A DNA stretch of 64,000 nucleotides from positions 165,142 through 229,141 of the forward strand of contig NW_013657647.1 in NCBI RefSeq assembly GCF_000142905.1, read 5' to 3'. Made by a program: the position numbers and the translations under genes. How positions within the stretch are numbered: the stretch's first letter is position 1; each line of letters opens with the position of its first letter. The notes beneath the pieces are model-generated. The model searched no databases and was not told the DNA's origin. It saw nothing but the letters and a program-made list of their open reading frames with translations. Below, piece after piece: positions 11,401-21,300 of this stretch. This DNA comes from Thecamonas trahens ATCC 50062. Its lineage: Eukaryota; Protista; Apusomonadida.

Positions 11401-11723
11401 ATGGCGGGCTAGAGGCGCTCGCTGCCGCTGTTGTCCGCGCCCTCGCCGATCCGCACGTCCGCGCCCTCGCGCTTCCGGCCCTCACTGCGCTCCGCAACAT
11501 CGCACTCTTTGTCCCGTCAGCTCACCCGCTGCTCGCGGAGCACACCGCCGGCCAGGGCTTTGAGCTCGGGCGTGCTGGCGACAACAAGCAACTCGACGCC
11601 CAGGTCAGCGACATCCTTGCATCCGTCTGCGCCCTCGTCGACGCTGGGCCTACGCCAGCGCCCGACCTTCGGCGCAGCCTCGTCCGCCGTATCCTTCTCG
11701 ACAAGGCCAAGACCGTCAACTGA
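8489..11723 (+). CDS. Afi1/MesA-like (DENN-related, SPA domain) protein with C-terminal ARM repeats; exons 8489-8549 and 9109-11723
   Basis: A GT-AG intron at 8550-9108 gives VFLAIAEFDILKGNTIGARWP (Afi1-like N-terminus). LWYALLLRRRVLFTGQPAQAVCNLVLAA resembles the SPA domain. C-terminal helical GGV/GGI/GGL repeats are ARM-like. Confidence 0.78.
8783..9050. repeat. 22-bp minisatellite (tgatactgtggtggctgtggac), ~12 copies, intronic
   Basis: Head-to-tail units without unique spacers. Confidence 0.92.
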
Positions 11724-11797
11724 GCGAGCTCTTCGTCACATAAAGGACAGGCGGGCTACGGATTGTCTGCTTTCATTCCAAGAGTGGGCAACGGGGC

Positions 11798-12990
11798 TTA
11801 GCCGCGGGCCACGCGGCCAACAAAGTGCATGATGAGGACGCTGGCCACAAAAATGGCGCAGCCCATGACGACAAACGCCGGTGTAACCTTGAACCCGTTC
11901 GAGTCGTCACCAGGGCGCGAGAACGAGTAGCCGGTGGAGCCGCCATCGCGGCGGCTGTGTTGTCGGAGAAGGCGAGGAAGGAGGGTGAGGTAGGGGGGGG
12001 GGGGGGGGGGAACAGGACATCAACAAGGAGGTGGACTGTCGGGCGAGGCAAACGTTGATCACAACCAGCACCTGCGCCACGGTCACAGCCAGCGAGCGCG
12101 GGCCACAGTCACGGCCACAGTCACAGCCACAGTCACGGCCAAAGTCACGACCACAGTCGCAGCCACAGCCACAGCCAGCGCGGGCGGAAGCCAACGAGCA
12201 CAAACCACAGCCAAACGAGACACCGATGCAGCCACAGGCACCGGCGACCTCCCCAGCAGGACCATGACCACCTTGTACACCTTGACAAATACCATAGATG
12301 CAGAGTATATAAGGATTATGTGTGACGGGCGTGTGCATGGCGGGCGTGTGCATGGCGGGCATGTGTATGGCGGGCGGGGGTGTGGCGGGCGGGGGTGTGG
12401 CAGGGCATGAACGTAGGTACGCATGTACGCATGAACGTATATCCCGTATGTCCCGTATGTTCCGTATGTCCCGTATGTTCCGTATGTTCCGTATGTCCCG
12501 TATGTCCCGTATGTCCCGTATGTCCCGTATGTCCCGTATGTCCCGTATGTTCGCATGTATGCCTTTGGTCAACGAGTGCCAGAGGCAATGGCGAGCTGCT
12601 GGCCAACCACCACAGCCGCGAGAGAGCGACAAACAAACAAAATGACTCACAAACCACCACCACAAGGGGAGACAGCCAAGCCAGGGAGGAGGTGGTGGTG
12701 GACGTAGGTGGGAGAGACCAGGCGCAGAAAAAGTAGAAGGGGATGAAGGGGGGAGGGAGGGAGGGAGGGAGGGAGGGGGAGGGGGAAGTGGGGGGGGGGG
12801 GGGGGAGAGAGGGGGAATGGGGAAGGGGGAGGACGTACCGGCGTGCGCGGGAGGAAGCCTTGCCAGACTGGAGGTAGGGGGGGAGGGGGAGGAGGGGGGA
12901 GGGGTGAGTGGTTGGGACGGTGGAGGGGGGGGGGAGGGAGGGGGGGTTAAGGGGTGTATGGGAGAGTATGTGTATGCGTATGCGTACCAT
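11798..12990 (-). CDS. SEC61B: Protein translocon subunit Sec61 beta; exons 12990-12988, 12867-12839, 11954-11798 (62 aa)
   Basis: Two GT-AG introns with matching phases give MSGKASSRARRRRDGGSTGYSFSRPGDDSNGFKVTPAFVVMGCAIFVASVLIMHFVGRVARG, which has the DDS-G-K-x-P plus tail-anchor pattern of Sec61beta. Confidence 0.85.
12436..12552. repeat. 9-bp tandem repeat ((c/t)ccgtatgt), ~12 copies, inside Sec61beta intron 2
   Basis: Direct inspection. Confidence 0.9.
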
Positions 12991-13496
12991 TGTTGTGTGA
13001 GAGTGAGGTACGTGGGAGGGTTGGGCTTGGTGGTGGGTGGTGGTGGTTGACTCACAGGTCAATGGTGGGTGAGGGAGGGTGCGACCGAGTGTCTTGACAA
13101 TGGTCGTTCATTCGTTTTCGGATGGTCCTCAGGCCGAGGGGGGGGTANNNNNNNNNNNNNNNNNNNNNNNNNNNNNNNNNNNNNNNNNNNNNNNNNNNNN
13201 NNNNNNNNNNNNNNNNNNNNNNNNNNNNNNNNNNNNNNNNNNNNNNNTAGGCAAAGAATGACCCATCTTTCCCGGACGGGGGGTAATAGTGTGGGTCCCC
13301 GGAGGGGGGTAAAGGGGAGGGAGGTTTCCCGCCATTCCGGCCGCCTTTCCTGCCTGCCCCCCTGCCTCCCCGTTAACCTTCCCGCCACGCTCCGCCCCCC
13401 GCCCCCCCCCCCCCCCCCCACCACCCCGCCAACCACAGGCAGACAGGCAGACAGTCAGACGATCAACGTCACACTTGACTCCGACAACGACAACAC

Positions 13497-15893
13497 ATGG
13501 GAGTTCTTCAAACGGTTGTCATTCTCGTCGGAGTAGCTGCTGCTGCTGGGTACTTTGTCTTTGTCTCGGACTTGGTGGTGACAACTTGGTCGCCTGTAGT
13601 GGCTGGCTGTGAGCTGTCGCTGGAGCGGACAGCCCGTGGCAACTCAGTCATGTCTATCCATGCTGACTCGGATCGATGTGCTGCTGTGGGGCAGGGATGG
13701 GCTCATGCTATGGATCGATTGGTTCAGATGTGCTTTGTTCGTATCCTCACCACCTCTCGCTTTGGGGAGGTCTTTATGGGTGATGAGCCCAAGGTGATGG
13801 CCATCGATGCAGCCATCGCCGCTATGCGTCTGCCCGAGGTGGCCGAGGAGGCCTACACCGTGCTAGACGAGCATTCCAAGGAAATGCTCGAGGCTTATGC
13901 TCATGGCGTCAACGCGTACATTGCCGATCATTGGCGACCTTTTGAGTTGGCTCTCGTCGGCTACGATCCCGAGCCGTGGACTCCGCAAGACACGCTCATG
14001 ACCCTTAACCTCATGTCGGTGGTCGATCTCGCAGACGCCCAGTTGATGATGGAGAAGTTTGTTGTTCAGGCAGTGGCGGGCGGCGCTCCTCTGGCGCCGC
14101 TGCACGCGCTTCTTGGTCCGGCCGTCGCAGGTCTCGACGACGAGCTTGCTGCCGAGATCAAGGAGCTCATTCTGTACGACCTCCCTGTCCCTGACATCCT
14201 GTCCATGGTCGCCGGCGCGCCGGTCAAGGGGCTCGGCTCCAACAACTGGGTTGTTGACGGCTCGGTGACCGCGTCGGGCAAACCGATTATGAGCTCGGAC
14301 CCGCACCTGCAGACTTCGCGCCTGCCGGCAGTGTGGTACGAGGTTGTCGTCTCGGTCCGCGGCGGCACGACCTGGGCCGGCATCGGCATGCCGGGCCTGC
14401 CGGGCCTAATTATGGGCCGTACTGACGCACTTGCCTTCTCATTCACCTATGGCTTTGCCGACCAGTTTGAGCTCGTCATCGAAGAGATTGTGGATGGCAA
14501 GTACCGTGCCGGCGCCGACAAGTGGCTTCCGCTCGCGGTGCGGACGGCGACACTGAAGCAGAAAGGTGGCAGCCCGGTGACGGCAACCTACTACTCGACG
14601 CGCAACGGCCTCCTCGAGTACGATCCGCTGGCGGCCCAGCCGCCAGCGGACGGCAAGTACCTCGCGCGAGTTTGCTCAATCTCCGGAGCCGGCATTGCGC
14701 AGACCATTGCGGCAGCGCTCCGGGCCTCCGAGGCCCAGACAGTGGCCGAGGCTCAGGCGCTGCAGGCGCAGTTTGCGCCGTCGTTCAACTTTCTCACCGC
14801 CGACACTGCAGGCAACATCGGGTACCAGCAGTCTGGCGAGGCGTTTGCCGGTGGCCCGTCGTTTGTCCCGCGCAACGGCTGGAAGCTCGCGTCGCCGCTG
14901 GCGACTGCGGAACGGATGCCTGCGTCCGAGCTAGTGCGCGTCACCAACCCACCGAGTGGAATGATGGCAACGGCTAACAACGACGTGTGCGCCGACATGC
15001 CGGGCGGCGCCGGGCGGGAGCAGTGCATTGTCAACCTTCACATGGGCCCTGACCGCGCGTCGCGGATCATGGCCAAGCTCGCGCATGAGGCTGCCAAACA
15101 CCCGCTCACCGCTGCGGACATGAAGGCTCTGCAGCAGGACATGTACTCGCCGTTCATGGCGGCGCTGCTTGATGGCTGGCTCGGCACTGAACTCGGCAAG
15201 CTCGCTGCCGCCGGCAACGTCGGCGCCCAGGCTCTTCTTGCCTGGGACCGCCGCTACACGCCCGATTCGGCTGCAGCCTCGCTCTCTCACGACATCCTCC
15301 ACGCTCTTCTCGACGCTACGTACTCTCTTGTGTTTGGCCACGAGGCGTGGCATCGTGTGGTCACCGAGACGCCGCTCTACGCCGACTTTGCACACCTGTT
15401 TAACGCTGCGCTACTCGATGTCTCGACCGACAAGCTTGGCGTCTTCTCGTCGCCTGACGCCAAGGCATCGGCGCTGGCTGCAGCCGCGGCTACCGTGCTT
15501 GCGCCTGTGGCCGAGCAGGATGCTTTGGCAACAGTCGAGGCGTGGGGCGACCGGATGGCGTTTACCCAGCTCAATATCTTCTTTGACGGCCACATGGCGT
15601 TCCTTGGCCTTAACAACGGGCCGATCCAGATGCGCGGCTCGCACGGTGTTGTAGTCCAGGGCGCGCTCACCACCATCAAGGGCCGCGCTTCCAACTGGTC
15701 GCAGTCCTGGCTCATGGTCACCGATCTGGCGTCGTCTTTCATGGAGACGCTCCTTCCAGGCGGTCCGTCTGGCCGTCGCTTTTCATGGCTCTACCTCACC
15801 GGCATCGACGACTGGATCAGTTACAACCACAAGACCATCGACGTCTTTTCAGCCTCATCCACCGCCGATGCCGCCGCCAAGACCGATCTGTAA
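13497..15893 (+). CDS. Penicillin acylase / Ntn-hydrolase (peptidase S45)
   Basis: GQGWAHAMDRLVQM, LEAYAHGVNAY, nucleophile GSNNWVVDG..TASGKPIMSSDPHL, ADTAGNIGYQ, GGPSG; N-terminal signal or anchor; C-terminus KTDL. Confidence 0.93.
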   Translation: MGVLQTVVILVGVAAAAGYFVFVSDLVVTTWSPVVAGCELSLERTARGNSVMSIHADSDRCAAVGQGWAHAMDRLVQMCFVRILTTSRFGEVFMGDEPKVMAIDAAIAAMRLPEVAEEAYTVLDEHSKEMLEAYAHGVNAYIADHWRPFELALVGYDPEPWTPQDTLMTLNLMSVVDLADAQLMMEKFVVQAVAGGAPLAPLHALLGPAVAGLDDELAAEIKELILYDLPVPDILSMVAGAPVKGLGSNNWVVDGSVTASGKPIMSSDPHLQTSRLPAVWYEVVVSVRGGTTWAGIGMPGLPGLIMGRTDALAFSFTYGFADQFELVIEEIVDGKYRAGADKWLPLAVRTATLKQKGGSPVTATYYSTRNGLLEYDPLAAQPPADGKYLARVCSISGAGIAQTIAAALRASEAQTVAEAQALQAQFAPSFNFLTADTAGNIGYQQSGEAFAGGPSFVPRNGWKLASPLATAERMPASELVRVTNPPSGMMATANNDVCADMPGGAGREQCIVNLHMGPDRASRIMAKLAHEAAKHPLTAADMKALQQDMYSPFMAALLDGWLGTELGKLAAAGNVGAQALLAWDRRYTPDSAAASLSHDILHALLDATYSLVFGHEAWHRVVTETPLYADFAHLFNAALLDVSTDKLGVFSSPDAKASALAAAAATVLAPVAEQDALATVEAWGDRMAFTQLNIFFDGHMAFLGLNNGPIQMRGSHGVVVQGALTTIKGRASNWSQSWLMVTDLASSFMETLLPGGPSGRRFSWLYLTGIDDWISYNHKTIDVFSASSTADAAAKTDL

Positions 15894-15954
15894 CCACCCG
15901 TACACAAACACACACAGAGAGAGACACACACACAAGCGCGCGCACACGCACGCT

Positions 15955-18381
15955 ATGTCAAACGCCTTGAGGGCGTAACCATCCACGCGATCACATCCAA
16001 CAACAGTCGCCTTCCGCGAAGCACGCTCTTCGGGGACAACGAACGATCCCCCCCCCCCCCCCCCCCGCGGGCCCGCCCTCCCCGCCCCCCCACTCCGAGC
16101 ACCTCCTTGGCCACACTCCACGCCCCAGCCATAGCGGACGAGGCCATGCTGTCGTCCCCCCGAAGCGAGTGTTCCAAGCGCAACGCGGAAGGCCTCTTCT
16201 CAACAAGCGGAATGTAGTCCTGGGCATGGTCGCCCTCCTCGGCCTCTACCTGGTGAGCAACCTGTACAGCTCGGGCGGTCTCGCTGGCACGGGTCGTGGG
16301 CAGAGCGGAAGCCACCTGGACAAGGATGCCCGCATTGTCATTCTCGGTGCTGGTGTGACTGGTCTCGGTGCTGCCTACCGTCTCAATGAGCTCGGTCACC
16401 GTGACTGGGCCGTCTATGAGATGGCCGACAAGCCCGTTGGCCTCGCTCAGTCGGTTGTCGATGACCAGGGCTTCACCTGGGACATCGGTGTCCATGTCCT
16501 CTTCTCGCACTTTGGCTACTTTGACACGCTCCTCGGTAGGTGCCCTTCTCCCCCTCCCCTGGCGTCGCCATCTCCCCTCTGATTCCTCACTCACACCGAT
16601 CCACAGACGCCCATCTGCCGGTCGACGAGTGGCAATACCACACTCGGTCGTCGCCGATCTACATGCGCGATCGGTTTGTGGGCTACCCACTGCAGAACAA
16701 CGTGTGGCGGCTGCCGCCGGCCGATGCGGAAAAGTGCCTCGTCGGCTTGCTCGAGGTCCACGACGATGCCGTGGGTGGCGTGACCAAGCCCAAGCCGCAC
16801 ACCTTTGCCGAGTGGGTCGATCAGTCGTTTGGCTCGGGCATCGCCGAGGTCTTTATGACTCCGTACAACTTCAAGGTATGGGCCCATCCCACCACCGAGC
16901 TCAACCCGACGTGGGTGGGCGAGCGGGTGGCAACCATCGACTTTAAGCGCATTCTCTCCAACATGGTCAACGAGTTTGAGGACGTCCACTGGGGGCCCAA
17001 CGCCCGGTTCCGCTACCCATCGCGTGGAGCAGGCAAGATCTGGGAGAATGTCTACCGCGGCCTCCCGCGATCGCGGTTTAACTTTGAGATGGAGGCTCTC
17101 GAGATCAACGTCGACGACCCGAACAACAAGTACGTGGCCTTTGCCGATGGGACCCGCGTCCCGTTCGACGCACTCATCTCGACCATTCCCATGGACAAGC
17201 TGCTCACTCGCATTGCCAACCGGCCGGACCTCGCCGCGTGGGGCTCAGAGAAAGGCGCGTTCAAGCGGCAGACCGTCAACCTGGTTGGGGTCGGGGTCGA
17301 AGGCATCACGCCCGCAGCGTGGAACTCCTCGCACTGGATCTACTTTCCCGAGGAGATCTACCCGTTCTACCGCATCACGCTCCTCACCAACTTTTCGCCG
17401 TACATGGTGCCCAAGCCTGGCGAGCAGTACTCGGTCCTGGTCGAGGTCTCCGAGTCCAAGTACCGCAAGGTCGATCAGGCGACGCTCGTCGACGACGTCA
17501 TCGCCGGCCTCAAGCACGCCGGCGTCATTCCGGACGGCGCGCCGATTGTCTCGCGCTGGCAGGAGCGGTTTGACTATGGCTACCCGGTGCCGTACGTCGA
17601 GCTCACCGAGCACGTTCTCCGTGCCAACGACGAGCTGCTCCAGCTCGGCATCTGGTCGCGCGGTCGCTTCGGCAACTGGCGATATGTGACGGGCAACCAG
17701 GACCACGTGTGCATGCAGGGCGTGCAGGCCGTGGACAACATCCTGTTTGGCGACTACGAGGAGATTGTGTACGAGCCCAACGTGGTCAACGGCAAGAAAG
17801 GCCAGCGCAAGATTCTTCCGCCCAAGATCAAGGACCATTGGGATGTGGTCATCCCAGGCTGTGCCTCCCATCTCGCCACCTGGCTCACACCGCTCCTCGA
17901 CGACCTCGCCGCCGCTGACATCGTCCCGCGGGTCTTTGTCTACTCGTCGTGTGAGTCTGACGACAGCCTGCCGGACACGGTCACTTCCAACTACGATATT
18001 CGGATGATGTCTGCCCCCGAGGCGTCATCCCGCACCGCCAACCTCGTCACCTACGCCTCGCACGTCCTCGCTAACTACGATGACCTCAACCCGATCACCT
18101 TCTTCCTGCCCGGCGCTGCAACTATGGGCGCCTCGCTCACCCACCCCTCGCCGCACGACTTTGACATCACCTCGTCGTACGAGAACCGCGGCCACTTTAT
18201 GTATCAGAAGGCCGATGGCGTCACCGACCCGCACTTCTGCACCTTCTTCGAGGCCCTCTACGCTTTTGATGGCCTTGACTGCCCGACGGTCTTTGACTCG
18301 GCAGCCGCCTTCCACATCTCGCGCGGCACCCTCCTCCACCTCTTGCCGCAGGACTATCAGGACCTACTCAAGCACGCCTAA
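15955..18381 (+). CDS. glf: Eukaryotic-type UDP-galactopyranose mutase with N-terminal TM anchor and C-terminal DUF3431-like domain; exons ~15955-15974 (tentative), 16129-16535, 16607-18381
   Basis: GAGVTGLGAA (FAD), DIGVHVLFSH, YPLQNN, WVGERVA, WGPNARFRYP, FYRITLLTNFSP, GRFGNWRY..GNQDH. The intron at 16536-16606 restores FDTLLDAHLP. The first exon uses a weak GTAACC donor. Confidence 0.88.
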
Positions 18382-18398
18382 TGCTAAACAGCGCCGCT

Positions 18399-21300
18399 TT
18401 ACTGCTTGCCTAGGCCAAGCCGGAACTTGTGCTTCTGCTTGACCTTCCCGTGTCCGCCGTCACCACCAGGAGCCGGTGCCGCCGGAAGAGCAGATCGCTC
18501 CTCTGCGCCAGGTGAAGGAAAGAAGCCCTCAGCAACCCAGGCCGCCACGTACGCATCGACCAGCTGCTTCGATACCGGCGGACATCTTGCTGAAATCAAC
18601 TCCTTCGAGTTCGGCACCTCAAACTTGGGATACAGCTCAGGCGGTGGCAGCTCACCGGCCAAGCCCGAGATGTCGCCCGACTCTTCAAAGAAGAGCAAGA
18701 CAGGGAGAAGAACGCCATCGTCGCTCCGCCGCGCATGCTCCAGCAGCGTCCGGAACCATCCGTCGTACGATGACGGGTACAACTTGTACTTGGCCCGCCG
18801 CAGCAGCTTCCACAGCCGCGTCAGCGGCATCGGACTTGGATTGAGAATGTGGAAGTCGCGCCCGAGCCCACGCCCAGAGAGCGCCAACTCGACCACGGCC
18901 TTGGACGCGTAATCCACGGGCGTAAAGTCGACGAGTGTCTCCAGCTCGGACGGCACAAACTTGGTCTCTACACAGCCCTTGAGGACCCTCGTCAGCAGGT
19001 CATCATGCGAGCCAGCGCCTGTCTGCGAGTGGGGCGCAATACGTCCGAGCCGGTAGATCGAGGCCGGCACGCCGCGCTCGCAGCGCGCCAGTGCCACAAT
19101 CTGCTCGCCAACCCACTTGGACTGCGAGTAGCCCGAGACCAACCGCTCCCACCGTGGGAACACATCAGTTTCAGAAATAACCCGCGCATCAGTGTCCAGC
19201 GTCGAGAGCGTCGAGATAAAGTGGACCGGGGTGGCGGCATCGCCGCCGATCGCCCCAAAGCACGCCAGCCGCAGCACCTCCTGCGTCCCAATCACGTTTG
19301 GGCCCTTGAGAGCAGAGTACGGGTACACAAAGTTGACTCCCGCGCCGTTGTGAATGATGACGTCAACAGACCGCGCGAGAACCGAGAACGCGTCCGATGT
19401 CAGCCCAAACATGTGCGGCCCGAGCTCGCCGACCACGACGCGCACCCGCTCGCCGTAGGTCGCCGCTGGAGGAGGCAGCCCAAACTTGGACGCGCCCACG
19501 TCAAGTCGCGCTCGCCCGCTTGCTTCATCACTTGCTCGGACCAGGCACTTGACCTCGGCCCGCGTGTTTGCCAACAGCTCGGCAAGAAGAAACGAGCCCA
19601 CGAACCCGGTGGCGCCTGTAAGAAAGACCACCGGTGGCGCAAGGAACGATCCAGCGCCGCTTGCCCGCGGCACCTCGCCGGACGCCGGCGCGCAGATCTC
19701 CGACGGCAGCACAACCTCGCCCGCGAGGTCAATCTTGACCACGCTCTCGTCCGCTTCGGCCACGCCTGTGGCCCGCGCCACCACGTTGGCTAGCGCGCTC
19801 ACCGTTGGCGCTTCAAACACCTCACGCATCCCGATCCGCACCCCCAGCCGCGCCTCGATAATACCTACGAGCTGTGCTGCGAGCAGCGAGTACCCACCGA
19901 GCTCGAAAAAGTTGGCGTGGATGCCCACAGACGCCAGCCCGAGCACCTGAGCCCATGCCGCAGCCAGCTCAGCCTCAACTTCGGTCCGCGGTGGCGTGTG
20001 GTCCACCCCACTAGCGCCGACTCCCGCAGCATCCTCCGCTGTTGGTGCAGGCAGCGCTCGCACATCAACCTTGCCGTTGGCCGTCAGTGGAAGCGGCCCG
20101 CTCAGCACCACAATTGCCCGCGGCACCATGTACTCGGCGAGCTTAGCTGCTGCGTGAGTGTACAGTTCCTGACGCAGCAATTGCGTCGCCCGCTGCGGTG
20201 CCACATACGCCACAAGCATCTTCTCCGCTGCGCTTCCTGCCCCGCACGCCATCGCCACCACAGCCGCGTCCGCAACTCCTGGTGCTTCCCGCAGCACCAC
20301 CTCGATCTCGGCGAGCTCGATGCGGAAGCCGCGGATCTTGACCTGGGCGTCAATCCGGCCCAAGCACGCTAGCGACCCGTCGCCACGCCAACGCACCACA
20401 TCACCTGTCGCATACATCCGTCCGTCACCATACAATCCGCTTGCAACCTTCAGCCCGAGGCTCTCGGCCACGCTGCGCCACCAACGATCGTCTTCAAACA
20501 CCGACGCCGTCTTCTCTGGCAGGCCAAGGTAGCCGCGAGTCACACCGGCGCCTCCGACTAGAAGCTGTCCACGCATGCCGCGCCGCACCAGCGTTCCGCG
20601 CTCGTCAGTCACATACGCAAAAGTGTTCGCAATCGGCTTCCCGATCGGTGGCGGCCGCACGTCACCGTGTACCCGCCCAACTGTGCACCCAACCGTGGTC
20701 TCGGTTGGGCCGTACATGTTGTACAAGGCCAGTTGGTCGCCGTACATCGCCTGCCATGCCTCTGGTAGCACCATCTTGAGCTTGTCACCGCCAGTGTTGA
20801 TGACACGGAGCGCAAGTCCGGCTGGAGGTGGCTCTCGGAGCACAGCCTCGGTCATAGGCGTCGCCATTGCCTGCACCGTCACCTGCGCATCTACCCACCA
20901 CTGCAGCAGCGCGCGCGGCTCGAGCCTAGAGCTCTCCGGTACGATGGCCACCTCCGCCCCACAGCAGAGTGCGGGCCAGATCTCACAAAAAACAGGATCA
21001 AACGACACGCCAAGCATATGGCCCGACACATCGCCGGGACCCATCTCGTAAGCCCGCAGCCACCACCCAATCATGTTGAGCAAGCACCCGTGTGGCACGC
21101 AAATACCCTTGGGCGTGCCAGACGTGCCCGAGGTGTAGATAACGTTGGCAACTGCAGAGGGGCCAGCTGGTGCCCGCACCAGCCGCGCGCTCGACACACC
21201 CAGCGACTCGCCGCCCCGCCCCAGTCGCGCGTCGTCGTCAAAGCTCAGCACATGCCGCTTGGTCCCCGGAGCCGGCGGACTCAGCTCGGGAAGCTCGCCA

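Noticed and set aside
11907-13062. Repeat-encoded ORFs (RDI, YGT, GHT repeats)
   Set aside because: Translations of intronic 9-bp repeats and homopolymers in the Sec61beta introns.
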